Source of the DNA: Lingula anatina
Lineage: Eukaryota; Animalia; Brachiopoda
Length of the DNA stretch: 64,000 nt
Direction of reading: 5' to 3'
Assembly: GCA_051362555.1 (NCBI GenBank)
Contig: CM120641.1
Span: 27,968,401 to 28,032,400 of the forward strand
The position numbers were made by a program, and so were the translations under genes. Position 1 is the stretch's first letter. Every line of letters begins with the position of its first letter. This document shows positions 52,564-64,000 of the stretch, one piece after another. The notes under the pieces were generated by a model. The model was not told where the DNA came from. It did no database searches and worked only from the letters and a program-made list of their open reading frames with translations.

Positions 52564-53135
52564 GGTATTTTCGATCTGCCTCCTTTTTTGTGACCTACAA
52601 CGTGATAGTGAAACAATCAACACGAGCTACGAAACTGCATGCTAATTATATGATATTGTGTATATTGAAACGAAAATATATGTCAAAACAACAATTAATT
52701 GAATGTATGTGATCTTCTTTTTGAAATGATTGTTCATAAATTAAAAGAAAGTGGCTTTTCTTAGATTACCAAGATTTTGTACCGTCTCGTGCTGCTACCT
52801 TCTGGAAACTTCAAAAACTAAAACTTTTTGCTTTCACTTTCGATTGCATACTTTACACACTGCACCTACTTTTCTTTGGGGAAACAAAATCTAACATCAC
52901 ATGCAAGGGTGATCAGGCACGCAGAACTTATTCTCTTTTGGTATAATGAAATGATGATGTTTCAGCTTCTCGTGTTTGGAGAAAGAATAAATGCATGTAA
53001 TATTAATAAAACACCAAAGACCCAAACCTTTCTTGTCACGTTAACTTTTCTGCCACAAAGCGCTGTCACTTCAGCATAGGAGAATGAGGCTGCATCTGCA
53101 TCATGTAGCTAGAAATAGAAAAATAATTCTATTAC

Positions 53136-53189
<54 letters not shown>

Positions 53190-53216
53190 ACCAGAGAGAG
53201 AGAGAGAGATACTCAC

Positions 53217-53226
53217 GTACAGGCAT
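53217..53226 (-). CDS. SYNE1: Candidate alternative first coding exon A (MPV), or a 5'UTR exon
   Basis: aaagATG CCT GTA C|gtgagt: strong donor, phase 1; possible acceptor ttcctattacaag near 53303. Confidence 0.3.
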
Positions 53227-55774
53227 CTTTTCGGTCTAGAAAGATTTCCAACTAAAAAGCTCAGTCTCTTTGGCGCAATGGAGAATCGTCCCGTTTCTGG
53301 TCCTTGTAATAGGAAGAATAAATTCATTACACAACCCCCCCCTCCCCCCGAAAATCACTTATCACTCCAACGCACGGTACGTACTGATTGTATGTGTCGA
53401 GACAAACTGTGAATGAAAAATAAGAGGTTCCATTTTCTTGGGGTTGAACTGTCGTCGAAACTATCGAGATAATCGGGCGAGAAATCTTCTGGTCCGACGC
53501 GTAATATTTTTAAACAAGAAATGAACATCGCGTTTAATTTTAATTTGGAAAATTTTGACGATTCAATAATCTCTTTCTACATTTATTTTGCCATTTGTGT
53601 TCAAGAGCAATATACATCGTTTAGCAACCCCTCTCCCTATATAACGTTTGGCGCTATGTCCTTGAATATTGTCAATTAGTCTAAGTAGCGATCAGTAGTC
53701 ACCGTAATCAGTTGTCGGTTTTCAGGTAAATTGCCTTGAGGCTAGCCGATCCATTGCAATTCATAATTCACTTTGGCTGGAAAACTTTTTACTGCATCAC
53801 CTCGCTCACAACGATTTTATATTTTATCCCTATTCATTTACAGGCTTATTTTTTAAATATTCGTCTTCATTACTTTATTTATCGATTTGTTTTTCTTAAG
53901 AGTATAGAAAGTTTGAGGCAAGCGTTAACGCGTATTTTTGGTAAAATGGAATAAAAAATTAATTAACACGTGAGATCATGTATGGAAGCGTTACATGCCT
54001 CTTTGATCCCTGGTGGATTTATTCAGTTTACAATGTCACTGTCATTTAAACTCACCGATACGATATTACGCGGGGCTTTCAAACTTTTGAATTTTGCACA
54101 TGTGGGAGCAATATCGGACAAGTCGCAATTTCCCAAAAAATTAGACCGTAGGAGGGGGGTGGGTTCGTGTGTGTCTAAAGAACCGTCTTCTTGCAGGATA
54201 AGTTCGGTTCGTAATCCGAATTTGATCTAACTTATTCTTCATTCCATAAGTTGGGTCCACTAGGGAGGTATAAAACTTTGCCTTTTTAGAAAAAGAAAAA
54301 AAGTTCCCTTTGCTACGGACCTGAAAATGTAATAAAATTGAATAAGAAAAAAACAGATGGTGTATTCAAAATTCCATCACAAATCTTTTTTGTGTTTTCG
54401 ACAAATACGTATCTTTAAGATTTAGCAATACCCTTTACATTATTTTTCTGTGATCCACTTTTACTACTCAGAAATAATGTGAAACTGACAACAGCTGTAT
54501 CATGTACTTGCTTAGAAGTAACATTTTCGTTGCCAATTTGTTTCATTTTATTTTTTTAATATCATTATTCTTACTATAATATATTTTCCTGCTTTTTAAG
54601 TACACGGACAGTGTTAGAGTTGGGCATAAACTCTTTGGGGAAGTGGGGAGAGGGTTGGAAGGAATATTTTCAGGAACTCTGAAATAGTATTTATTTGAAG
54701 GCACTTCTTTTATTTTTTTAAAAACAGTAAATATAAAGCAAATAAGTAGTCAGTCATATATTTATTACCAATTTAAATTTTTTGTAAAACTTTTTTATTG
54801 TTGAAAATATAGTTTGAGTTGAATATCACCCGTTTGTCATCATGTCATGACCTGAATTTATTGAAGTTATAAGAGATTGTTTATGTAAAAATATATTAAG
54901 CAATCTAATCATTACTGTTGGTATTGACTAGCAATAATAGCAGATATAATCAGCAATACTTCAAACATGCCCCTGTAACACAAACTTCAATATATAATAA
55001 AATTACACTACAAATATTAAAAAATTCCTTTTTATTTCATATCATTAACTTTTTAAAAGTTTATTCTGACAGAATATCTGTGCCACCAGTTTACTTCACA
55101 GAAAAATAATTTAAGAAAAATAACAGCGATCACACAAAGGAAGAGACTTCAATCTGATATAAGAAAATAAATCACTTAACCAGCAATATTTTGTATTAAA
55201 TATAGAACTTCTGATATTCATAGATATTAATTTAAAAATGAGAAACCTACAAGCAAAAAGTAAAAATCAAATTCTGTATACAAATGTTCTGTATAGAAAT
55301 GTAATATATCTCTAAATATAAATTTTTATATGCTTTCAGTGTTATTCCAATGTGTGTGTGTGTATGTGTATGTGTGTGTTTGTGTTTATATTTGTGTGTT
55401 CCAACATTTAACCAAGACTAGAAAAAGCACTCAGAGAGCCCAGACCTCCACCAAGAAACTTGTACTGATAAATTATGGCACATGTATTGTAGTTGCTAGC
55501 ATATCCATTGCATAAAGACAAGGCTATTGGTGCTTTGTCACAATGAGGAGATATCTTTTTTAAATTCTTAGATCCCGATAATCTGGGTCACCACCAAAAT
55601 CTAAACACTTTTAAGTTAGTCCATTTCTGGCCTATCCTAAAAATAACATTTTGAATTAGACCCGGGATTAACAAAATACAGAGGTAAAAAGACAAAAGAA
55701 ACAAATTACATCACAGAAAATTTTAACATGATGTTATCTGAAAGGATGTTTATGAACACACTGTAAACAAATCA

Positions 55775-56472
55775 TCATGAAGCCGGACATGGAGGTTCAC
55801 TAGTGAAGTCACAAATACAGTATGGCTTATTGCAACAGGGAAGAACAAACATATCTGTGTTGTCAAAGGATGTTATACCATGGCCATCTAAATCTTCAGG
55901 CAATGTCTCTTGATGCTTCCTGAGTATATCTTGAATTTCATTTGAAATATCCTGATAATCCTCCCAGTCAAGAGCAAACATTTCCCCTGGGTCTTCCTCC
56001 ACATTGTATAACAGTGGCACCTCCTGCAGTATTGTCTTGTTGCAATAGTGCTCCACGTGAAGCTCTGTATCTATAGGTACCCCAGCTACGGGGCAGTTTT
56101 TCAGAATGAACTCTTCTGAAGCAAGGGGGTGGGTCCTGAAGTGCACCTTAAATGACTTGTAGCGTATTGCCATCAGGTGGTTATCACAGTAGAAAAACAG
56201 TGCCCTGTCTCTTTTCAATGCATCATGGTCTTTTTTATGAAAATGTCCAGAATTAATGTCTGTTAATTCCAATTTTCCAAATATCTCATCCAACATATTT
56301 TCTCCATCTAGGTGTACATTTGGCAGCTGTCCTCCCACAAGGCTGACCAGAGATGGTAACAGGTCCATGCTGCTGACCACTTGACTGGACACGCGGCCTG
56401 GAGGGATGACCCCTGTCCATCTCATTATGGCTGGAACACGGACACCACCCTCATAGAAGTTGCCTTTCCCAC
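55775..56472 (-). CDS. Arylsulfatase exon 6 (terminal)
   Basis: ttgtag|(G)GKGNFYEGGVRVPAIMRW...LLYNVEEDPGE...LPCCNKPYCICD...stop; 698 nt; total CDS 1620 nt. Confidence 0.93.
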
Positions 56473-56709
56473 CTACAAATAAAGAAAATAATAGAATTTA
56501 TAATAAAAATGAAAACCAATTCCAAACTACTTCCGTAAATATATTCACAACAGCTGTTCTACAATGTATATCATATCATGATTTCACTTCTTTTAAAATC
56601 TGTAAGTTTTGAAAACCAAGGATGTTAACTTTAACCAAGTCTTGCTGCATAAATCTCAAGAAGAATTGTGGAATAGGATAGTTACTTAACTATGTGATAA
56701 AAAAACTTC

Positions 56710-56762
56710 AACTGATTTGTTACGTAAAGAACCAATACTGATTTGTTAAGTAAAGAACTAAT
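56710..56762. repeat. 26-bp tandem duplication
   Basis: ACTGATTTGTTA(C/A)GTAAAGAAC(C/T)AAT occurs twice. Confidence 0.85.
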
Positions 56763-56882
56763 AAAATAAATAAACATTCTTAAATAATTTTAAATAAACA
56801 TTAACAGCTATAGCAATCATCACCTTCCCCACCACTTAGAAGTGCCACTTTTTAAAGAAAAATAACAACGTGAGCACTTTAC

Positions 56883-57047
56883 CTTTAAAAATGCCAGAGC
56901 TGCCTCCTTCCTTGCAAATTTCCCGATGAGGGCCATGGTCAGACAAAAATATGACCAAAGTCTTCTCATCCAGTGCCAGGGTGGACAAAGTTGCCATAAC
57001 TTCTCCAACTGCCCAGCTCATCTCGTTGATTTGGTCACCATATTCAC
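56883..57047 (-). CDS. Arylsulfatase exon 5
   Basis: tttcag|(G)EYGDQINEMSWAVG...TLVIFLSDHGP...GIFK(G)|gtaaag; 165 nt. Confidence 0.92.
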
Positions 57048-57476
57048 CTGAAAAAATATATACTGGCTTATTTCACTCGTATCATTTTGGCATACTGGTT
57101 AAACATAAATAAAATGGTTCTTTGCAAAAACAAGTGTCATTTCCTTTTTAATAGCCCAAGTAACTATAAGCCATGCTATCACATAATCAAAATCTGAAAT
57201 CCCATTGTGGTCCAATGCAACTCAAATACTGTGTCGGCTCCTCACACGAGAAACTTCAAAAGCTCATAACAAGTAGGTACTGAGAACAGGTAATGAAACA
57301 GTAGCATATGGCAGGAAATTTGAGAACAAAAAACAAAAATGAAAAAAAAAATCCAAAAGATTGCTTTTAAATGAAATCATGAATGTTTAATCTGACAATA
57401 TATCCAACAATATTTATCTTTAACACAGTTTGCTGTTGTAGGAAAATGAGAAACACAAAGTGTAGGTAAGAATTAC

Positions 57477-57699
57477 CTCTTTTTGATGATTTATTAAACC
57501 TCACATCATTAAACATAGGGGTATGGACCTGGGGGAAGGAGAAAAGGAAGAAAAATGGCTCGTCTTTATGATCATACAAGAAGGCTTTGGCATCTTCCAC
57601 AAGAGTTGCAGTCAACTTCCCCTGCTTAATTGGTTGCTGGACAATAGTGCTATTCCTGTAGATCATGCAGCGGTTTCGGTTCTGTTGGTGACGGTGAAC
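57477..57699 (-). CDS. Arylsulfatase exon 4
   Basis: tttcag|VHRHQQ...PFFFLFSFPQVHTPMF...SKR(G)|gtaatt; 223 nt. Confidence 0.92.
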
Positions 57700-58283
57700 C
57701 TGAAAGTGAAAGTTCACTATAACAAATGTTAACCTTTACATTAGCTGTACATGTATGCCAACGTATCATGCGCCTGCCCATGCCAAAATGGCAAAAATTA
57801 TCATTTTTAATGTTGCATTAAAATACAATGTGAAATCAAGCATAATGAAAACAGAAAAATGAAAGTATTATATATACATGCAAGGATTCTATATTCTCTG
57901 ATGTTACATCTAACACATCACACAGTGTAACATTTAGTAGGTGTAAATGAATGATAGTTTTCTTTTCATTTGACTTAAACTATTGTACACAGTAGTAGTA
58001 ATAGTAGAAAACAGAAAAAAACTCTACAAGCAACAGCACATCATACTGCTTGAGCATCTCATCATTTATTAAATATTTTTTCATCAAACTATTGAGGGAT
58101 TTGCTGAAAGTGATCAGTGATTTTGAATATAGCATAACAAAAACATTATCTTGAGCATTCCATTAAATAAGGGCTCTTTCACTTTTTAAAGTTTTATTAA
58201 AATACACTGTTTACTCTCATTTAATCTTGAAATAAAATTCCATCTTAAACTTGAAACATCTTTCTGCTTTCAAATAAACTCAC

Positions 58284-58396
58284 CCCAGTTGTGTCACAGT
58301 CATAAAACAGTGTATATGGCAGTATGGTGGCAGGATGGGAAAACCCTTGATTATGAGGCAAGAAACTTCCATCTGTATCTGTGTGCGCATTCACAC
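58284..58396 (-). CDS. Arylsulfatase exon 3
   Basis: tgatag|(G)VNAHTDTDGSFLPHNQGF...CDTTG|gtgagt; 113 nt. Confidence 0.9.
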
Positions 58397-58538
58397 CTAT
58401 CAGCACAGTGCCATTTAAGTAAACCAAATATAATAAAGAACACTTATAATACTGTACATGCAGTACTGTATATAATTTTTAATCTTTGACACATAAAATG
58501 GAAAAATAAACAGACACTCCAAAAATAGATAACGCAAT

Positions 58539-58706
58539 CAGGCCTGTAGCCAGCAATTTCGAAAGGGGAGTTCTTTTTCTGTAAAAGTGTACCTTTTACA
58601 ATGGAACCTTTGTGTACCTAGATAAAATTTTAACCAGAATGGACCTTTTCCTGACAAAAAGGATTGTTCTTTCAAGCCCCTCGAACCCCCACTGGCTATG
58701 GGCCTG
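58539..58706. mobile_element. 168-bp MITE with CAGG termini and 5-bp TSD in arylsulfatase intron 2
   Basis: TIRs CAGGCCTGTAGCCAG / CTGGCTATGGGCCTG (13/15); GCAAT on both flanks (58534-58538, 58707-58711). Confidence 0.7.
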
Positions 58707-59632
58707 GCAATCAATACAAATAATAAGTAGCATATATCTGAAAAAAAAATTCCATATAAATATTAAATGCATAGCTAACACTGATTGGAAGTTATCTGAT
58801 TAATATTAATTTGGACGGTGGGATTTTTGTTTGCTTTAAGGTGAGATATGATAAGGGAAGTGGAGAGCTCTAATACATATTTTTAAGTCTGTAACTGAAC
58901 TCATGCTAGGCAAGTACAACATGTAGCAACTACGCACTTTAAAGAAAATATCACTAATTTTTCATGAAGTTTTTTTTCTTCATTTTGTGTAAATCCTTTG
59001 TCCCAAAATCCTGCATATAGTCCCTTAAGGCCAGAAAACATTGATAAGTTGAATAAGGAGCAGTGATATACTGCAGTCAGTAAACAGGCCTAGGGTTGCT
59101 GAAAAAAATTGTTTTTGTTTTTAAACATAGGATGTTTAATGAGCATAGCAGCTTTTTTCCAGTTTTAATTTAGAGGGTGAAAATGTCAAAATCCACAGTG
59201 TGAGTGATTTGAACACATAAAAGCAACAAATTTCAGTTTTTTTCAGGATTCAAGTGTAATCTTTTCCTATTTACAAAACCAATACCCAAAGCATATTTTT
59301 CCATTTGAAAAGAAAAAAATATGTACATGTGGATTAAGTTCTGATTTCCTCAAAATTAAGGCCAGTCACTCTCATTTACTACTTGATCAATTCTACCTGG
59401 CTTAAATATAAAACTACAAAATGGAAGTTGTGGTTGCACTGTCAAATATAACATACTTTTCAGACTCAGATGTAATGTGATGTAATCAAGATGTACCAGC
59501 AGCAAACTATTCAAGAATCAGAAGCCCACATAAAAATTTAAATATAAATTAAAATACATACATTACTCATGTTACCAGCAGTTTCTCTCTTCTAATATGT
59601 AACAATGTACAGTATATTTGAATATATCTCAC

Positions 59633-59782
59633 CTAGGTGCCATTTCCCCACAATACCAGTAGCATAACCTTGGTCTCTCAAGGCTTCAGCAATAGTGTAC
59701 TCTTCAAGGGGCAAACCAAGATAATGTTTATGTATCAGGACAGTGTAGCCACCAACAAAATTGTACCTCACTGGAAGACGGC
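59633..59782 (-). CDS. Arylsulfatase exon 2
   Basis: gtacag|(G)RLPVRY...TIAEALRDQGYATGIVGKWHL(G)|gtgaga; sulfatase signature 2; 150 nt. Confidence 0.93.
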
Positions 59783-60242
59783 CTGTACAAAATAAAATAA
59801 TAAAGCCCTTACAAAATTCTATAAATGTGTGATAATACATGCAAGTTTTGAGAGTGAGCCCTTATAACAGTACAATGTACTGAGTGGTCAGTTATACAAT
59901 GTACATGTAGTGGTTACTTTGCAATTACCTTCAATGTACTAGTAAATCACTGTGCCACTGTTTCAGTCAAGAGTTATTATGAGTAAAAAAATATCATGAA
60001 AGATGGCTGGCAGCCGAGTTCACACACCCCGACTCCGACTCATTATCTCATCCTAAGCCACAATCATACCTGTAATTCGACATTAATTGGTTAAATTGAA
60101 TATCGATAAAATGCTTTACCCCTTTTGTTTTAAAATTCAACTTATATTTTGGAATTACAGATTCAGGCAACTTTTTACACAAATTTCAAGTTAATTAATT
60201 TAATTAATTCAACAAATTTTCCAGTGACAGTAACACCCTCAC

Positions 60243-60513
60243 CAGTGAGCATAGCGGCTCTACTCGGAGAGCAGAATGTGTGCGCTGCATACCAACTGGT
60301 AAACTTTAATCCTTGCAAGGCGAGTTGATCAATGGGGCCCATTTCTTGTGTAGGGTGTCCATAAATAGACAGATCGCCATAACCCATGTCGTCTGCTACG
60401 AAAAGTAAAATATTGGGAGAAGCCAAACTTCTGGATATCATCAGAAAAAATATGACGACCACGTGGCAACAAGTCATGATGTTGCTTTGCTGTAGCTCTT
60501 TGGAATATGACAT
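60243..60513 (-). CDS. Arylsulfatase exon 1 (signal peptide, catalytic CSPSR motif); 6 exons, about 539 aa, ARSA/GALNS/sea-urchin ARS-like family
   Basis: Hydrophobic leader, PNILLFVADDMGYGDL, formylglycine motif CSPSRAAMLT(G)|gtgagg; 271 nt, phase 1; the start may be the downstream Met (MTCC). Confidence 0.93.
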
Positions 60514-60870
60514 TGAATTAACCTCTTCATAAGCTTTTCAGGGTTTTCCAAAGGCAGGTTATCCTAAATAAACTCCAATGCAGGTACCTGCTAGCACGAT
60601 TGGATTGTACGATTTTATGATTTAAGATCTGGTCAGGACACTAGTACTGCTTTCTTATCCATTCCACTATTTAAAGAAATATTTTGTTTAGTTGACAACA
60701 ACGTCCAGCATTAGCTATTTTGGAGAAAAAAACCAAATATCATCAAATGTTCGGGTAAAACGGAGTACCTTAGTGTCACCTATTGGATAATCCCGCCGCC
60801 TATGTTCAGATTTGCTAACTATTCCTGTTCAGAGCATGTGCATCAGTAACTTCCTGTTGTCAAGTCAAAC
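60514..60870. promoter_or_regulatory. Putative bidirectional promoter between arylsulfatase and TBCC
   Basis: 357 bp between divergent ATGs; ETS-like ACTTCCTGT near 60849; YY1-like AAACATGGC overlapping the TBCC start codon. Confidence 0.55.
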
Positions 60871-61902
60871 ATGGCTTGCGAAATAGCCGTTGAAGACGTG
60901 GGACAAAATTTCGCCGATCTAAACGAGAAAAGAAATTTGGTTACAGACAGACTGCAACGCAGAGATGAAGAACGTCTTCAGGATCTCCAAAAAAAGAAGG
61001 AAGACAAGGAAAAGATAACGTCTGACACGGAAAACACTGTGTTTTTCAACGAAAATTTCAACGCCGCGAAAGCCAAAATAGAAGCTGATCTAATGAGAAG
61101 TGATGATATCACCGGTAAATCAGAATTAACTGATCACTTTGATGCCCTAGTGGTTGCAGTTCAATCCTTGCAGAAGTTTGTGTCTGACTCCACATTATTT
61201 TTACCAAAGTATGAAATCAGATCATCGCAAGATGTTGTCAACCGGCTGACAGACGCGATCAACGAGAAACGTGACGAAAAAATCCCAAAGAAAAAATTCG
61301 CTTTCAAATCCAAGAAAAAATCAGAGAAAATTGAGAAGAAGGGCACCCAGAATGGCGATGCTGTCGATTCCGCCATCACAAGTAAAGTTAGTGTACAGGC
61401 AAATGACTGTGGGTTTATGGACCTTAGTGATCAATCGTTGTCTCTTGGAGAAAATTCAATAAACCAGAAGGATGTTGCCATCATGAGACTGACAAATTGT
61501 GTCGTCAAACTACATGGCTCACCAAGTGCTATCCACATTGATAAACTTACTAACTGTAAGGTTTTCAGTGGCCCTGTATCGGCATCCATCTTCATTGATA
61601 ATTGCACCAACTGCACATTTGTGTTGCCATGTCAACAGCTCCGTATCCACTCCACCACTGATACCAGCTTCTACATACATGTTACCAGCAAAGCCATCAT
61701 TGAAGATTGTTCCAGGGTCGGATTTGCTCCTTATAATTGGAACTATAATGGCATTGACGAGCATTACAGAATGTCTGGTTTAGATAAGAGCATCAATAAT
61801 TGGGATGATGTTGATGATTTTAATTGGCTAGTCACAGATCAGCAGTCACCAAACTGGGCTGTTATTCCAGTAGAGGAGAGAGTAGAAAATTGGGAGACCT
61901 GA
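60871..61902 (+). CDS. TBCC: Tubulin-specific chaperone C (intronless, 343 aa)
   Basis: N-terminal helical domain, IPKKKFAFKSK motif, beta-helix with GPVSASIFI..C...CQQLRIH, IIEDC...FAPYNW, VDDFNWL...SPNW; AATAAA at 61960. Confidence 0.96.
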   Translation: MACEIAVEDVGQNFADLNEKRNLVTDRLQRRDEERLQDLQKKKEDKEKITSDTENTVFFNENFNAAKAKIEADLMRSDDITGKSELTDHFDALVVAVQSLQKFVSDSTLFLPKYEIRSSQDVVNRLTDAINEKRDEKIPKKKFAFKSKKKSEKIEKKGTQNGDAVDSAITSKVSVQANDCGFMDLSDQSLSLGENSINQKDVAIMRLTNCVVKLHGSPSAIHIDKLTNCKVFSGPVSASIFIDNCTNCTFVLPCQQLRIHSTTDTSFYIHVTSKAIIEDCSRVGFAPYNWNYNGIDEHYRMSGLDKSINNWDDVDDFNWLVTDQQSPNWAVIPVEERVENWET

Positions 61903-63929
61903 ATGACTTTTAACTGTCATTTTAGTGCAGATGAGTTAAATTCCTGTTATTGAGTTGCCAATAAAATTATTTTTACTAGTAAGTGTTTTAGAGTATGGAA
62001 TATGTCACTACCAGCTTTTGGGTGTCATACTGCATATAATTTGACTGCATATATCCCTGGTGACTTAGTGGGAGTATAATGATGACAATTCAATTTGATT
62101 TTTCTAAAACTGTAAACAGTGACTCTCAGTGGATCAGGAAAACAGTGACAGTTAGCAGTGTTAACCACTGGACCCAAACCAGATGCCAGAAAAAAAAAAA
62201 CAAACTGTGACAGTAAAATTCTGATAAGTTTCTACTAGTCATTGATGTCTAGACCCTGATGTCCCACAGGACCAGGACTTAATTTATTGTTCTTAATCTT
62301 GCAAAATCATAACAATGTATGATCAAGCAAAGAATTCATTTATAATGAAATTCAAATCTGTGATACATTTTTTCTTGATTTTTTTCCACTGTTATGTACA
62401 TTGTTTCAATATAGAAAAAATTAAGCAAAGTGTCAGAATACCCCTCCCCTGCTGCATACATAAAATCTTTAAATTATTAGTTTTAAAATGTTGCTTTTAA
62501 AGAAGGCTTCAGGTGAAACTTCATGGTTACTGTAGATTTGTAATGCAAATCCTCTGGGAATAGTCCGTCTTAGTGTTACAACCCTTGTGGTACAAGGTAC
62601 AAAAAGTTAAAAGCTGAGTTTTTAATCATCCAGCAGAATAGAATCAAGAACCAATGTTGTGGTCTCGACCTGAGACCCTTCACAAGCTATAGGTAATGAC
62701 CTGGATGGATTGATCATATCATTCAGTGTCACAGCTAGAAAAGTCCATTGCCTCTTCTCAGTGTCAGCAGACACAGATCTTCGACCGACTTCCAGAAACC
62801 AGTCGGAATTTTTTCACGAGTGTGTTGATAGTCATTCCGAGTCGCGAGTCCTCATATTGATAAAATATTGAAATATCTCCCTTCGGTCACTATGCCGTTG
62901 TCACTGAGTGAGTCTACAGCTGTCAGCCTGTCACTAAATTTATAACGTAGATCTGATAAGACTTCATAATGAATGGATATAGATTACATGGGTGTGGAAG
63001 GAGTGAATAGACAGAGTACATACCAGGAAATACAAAATAAGTATGCTAATGCATGATTTGTGCTAGTTAAATGGTGGAAAGTGAAATGGAATTACATGGC
63101 ATAGTTTCCTGGAGGAAACACAGGACTTCAAGGTTAAACAATATTGCCACCAAGATCTCATTAACAATAAAACCCTACAATAGAAGTACTTGGTATTGAG
63201 ATTTCCTTCTAAAATTTGGCAATGCAATTACAATTGTTTTAATACTGTTACAAAACACTGAACTAAGTTAAGGTTCATAAGTCTTCTAAAAATTTTATCT
63301 TATGGTTCACAAGTCTTCTAAAAATTCTCTCCAAATTCCACAAATGGTTCCATAGAACCTCAATCATTTTATATTTCTAAAAAAAAGTTCTGTTGCCTAA
63401 ATAAAGGTGAAATGAGTTTTTGCCACAAATTAAGGGGGTTTTGTATTATAAAACATTAAGAGATATGCAGTTTCAAGCTTAGGCATTTTTATTTCATTCT
63501 CATATTCCCAAACTGCTTTGAAAACGAGTGTTTCACTTAAAAACACTTCCTGAGGCAATGAAGTAGTTGCAAAAAGTATGCTTGACACATACAAAGCTGA
63601 CTGGCTCATAATATGAAATGCATAAGAGGTATACAAATCTGTATATCATTTTGAAAGTAGACATGAAATGCATGAAAATAAAACAAAGAAATAACTTGAA
63701 GCTGTTAAACTGTTGTTTAACACTGTTGTAAAGACAGGTTGCAGCACAAAGCTACACAATTCATTTGTCTTCTAAACAAAGTAAAAACTTAAAATTTTCA
63801 CTTAATCAACAAATGTTTACCCTGCTGTAGAGGTATGGCATGAAACGTACAGCTTATGTCTTCCAAAACATAACAGTATAAATTGGGCTAAAGGCTGTTT
63901 ACAATCACAGTATTTTGACAGTTAAACAG

Positions 63930-64000
63930 TCAGTATCCTCCTCTTCCCCTGCCACCACGCCCTCCTCGATATCCGCCTCCACCTCTGCCCCAGTTACCAC
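63930..64000 (-). CDS. C-terminal end of an RGG/GAR-box protein (gene lies beyond window end)
   Basis: Minus strand reads GNWGRGGGGYRGGRGGRGRGGY* with TGA at 63930-63932. Confidence 0.7.
   Translation of the reverse strand, partial: GNWGRGGGGYRGGRGGRGRGGY

Larger units (their letters stand above)
288..53226 (-). other. SYNE1: Nesprin-1/MSP-300-like gene, 5' portion (alternative first exons + 32 constant exons; continues beyond window start)
   Basis: Spliced exons read DEQERVQKKTFTNWINSYL..., [31 protein letters not shown] and DVDVSKPDEKSIMTYVAQFL (CH1-CH2, closely resembling nesprin-1), then many W-containing spectrin repeats. All 31 junctions between the constant exons are GT-AG and phase-consistent; the constant exons total 6461 nt. 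Confidence 0.88.
52200..54230 (-). promoter_or_regulatory. CpG-enriched putative distal promoter region of the nesprin gene
   Basis: Visibly more CG dinucleotides than the CpG-depleted flanks; contains the two most 5' donor-bearing exons. Confidence 0.45.

Noticed and set aside
1-64000. CRISPR arrays, operons, tRNA/rRNA genes
   Set aside because: The DNA is eukaryotic with intron-exon structure; no regularly spaced repeat-spacer arrays or recognisable structural RNA genes were seen.

Overview
Eukaryotic (AT-rich, intron-containing, probably invertebrate/lophotrochozoan - inference) genomic DNA. It is not prokaryotic, so most short ORF-track entries are exon fragments or noise. The minus strand from 1 to about 53.3 kb holds the 5' part of a giant nesprin-1/MSP-300 (SYNE1-like) gene. 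I traced 32 phase-consistent GT-AG exons (24390 down to 288; tandem CH actin-binding domains followed by spectrin repeats, about 2150 aa; the gene continues off the window). Upstream of the first CH exon lie up to eight separate ATG-initiated exons. Each ends in a phase-1 donor that fits the same phase-1 acceptor at 24390, giving a plectin/dystonin-style array of alternative N-termini; one of them is a 365-aa extension with a polybasic/cysteine-cluster tip. The introns contain: (i) an apparently intact 4.7-kb hAT transposon with a 3-exon, 806-aa transposase, 16-bp TIRs and an unusual 5-bp TSD, carrying an older MITE in its own intron; (ii) a 3.86-kb P-superfamily-like element with perfect 31-bp TIRs, a 7-bp TSD and no transposase; (iii) several MITEs. 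The right end holds a 6-exon arylsulfatase (minus) head-to-head with an intronless TBCC (plus), followed by the RGG-rich C-terminus of a convergent gene. All calls come from manual reading; no database searches were run.
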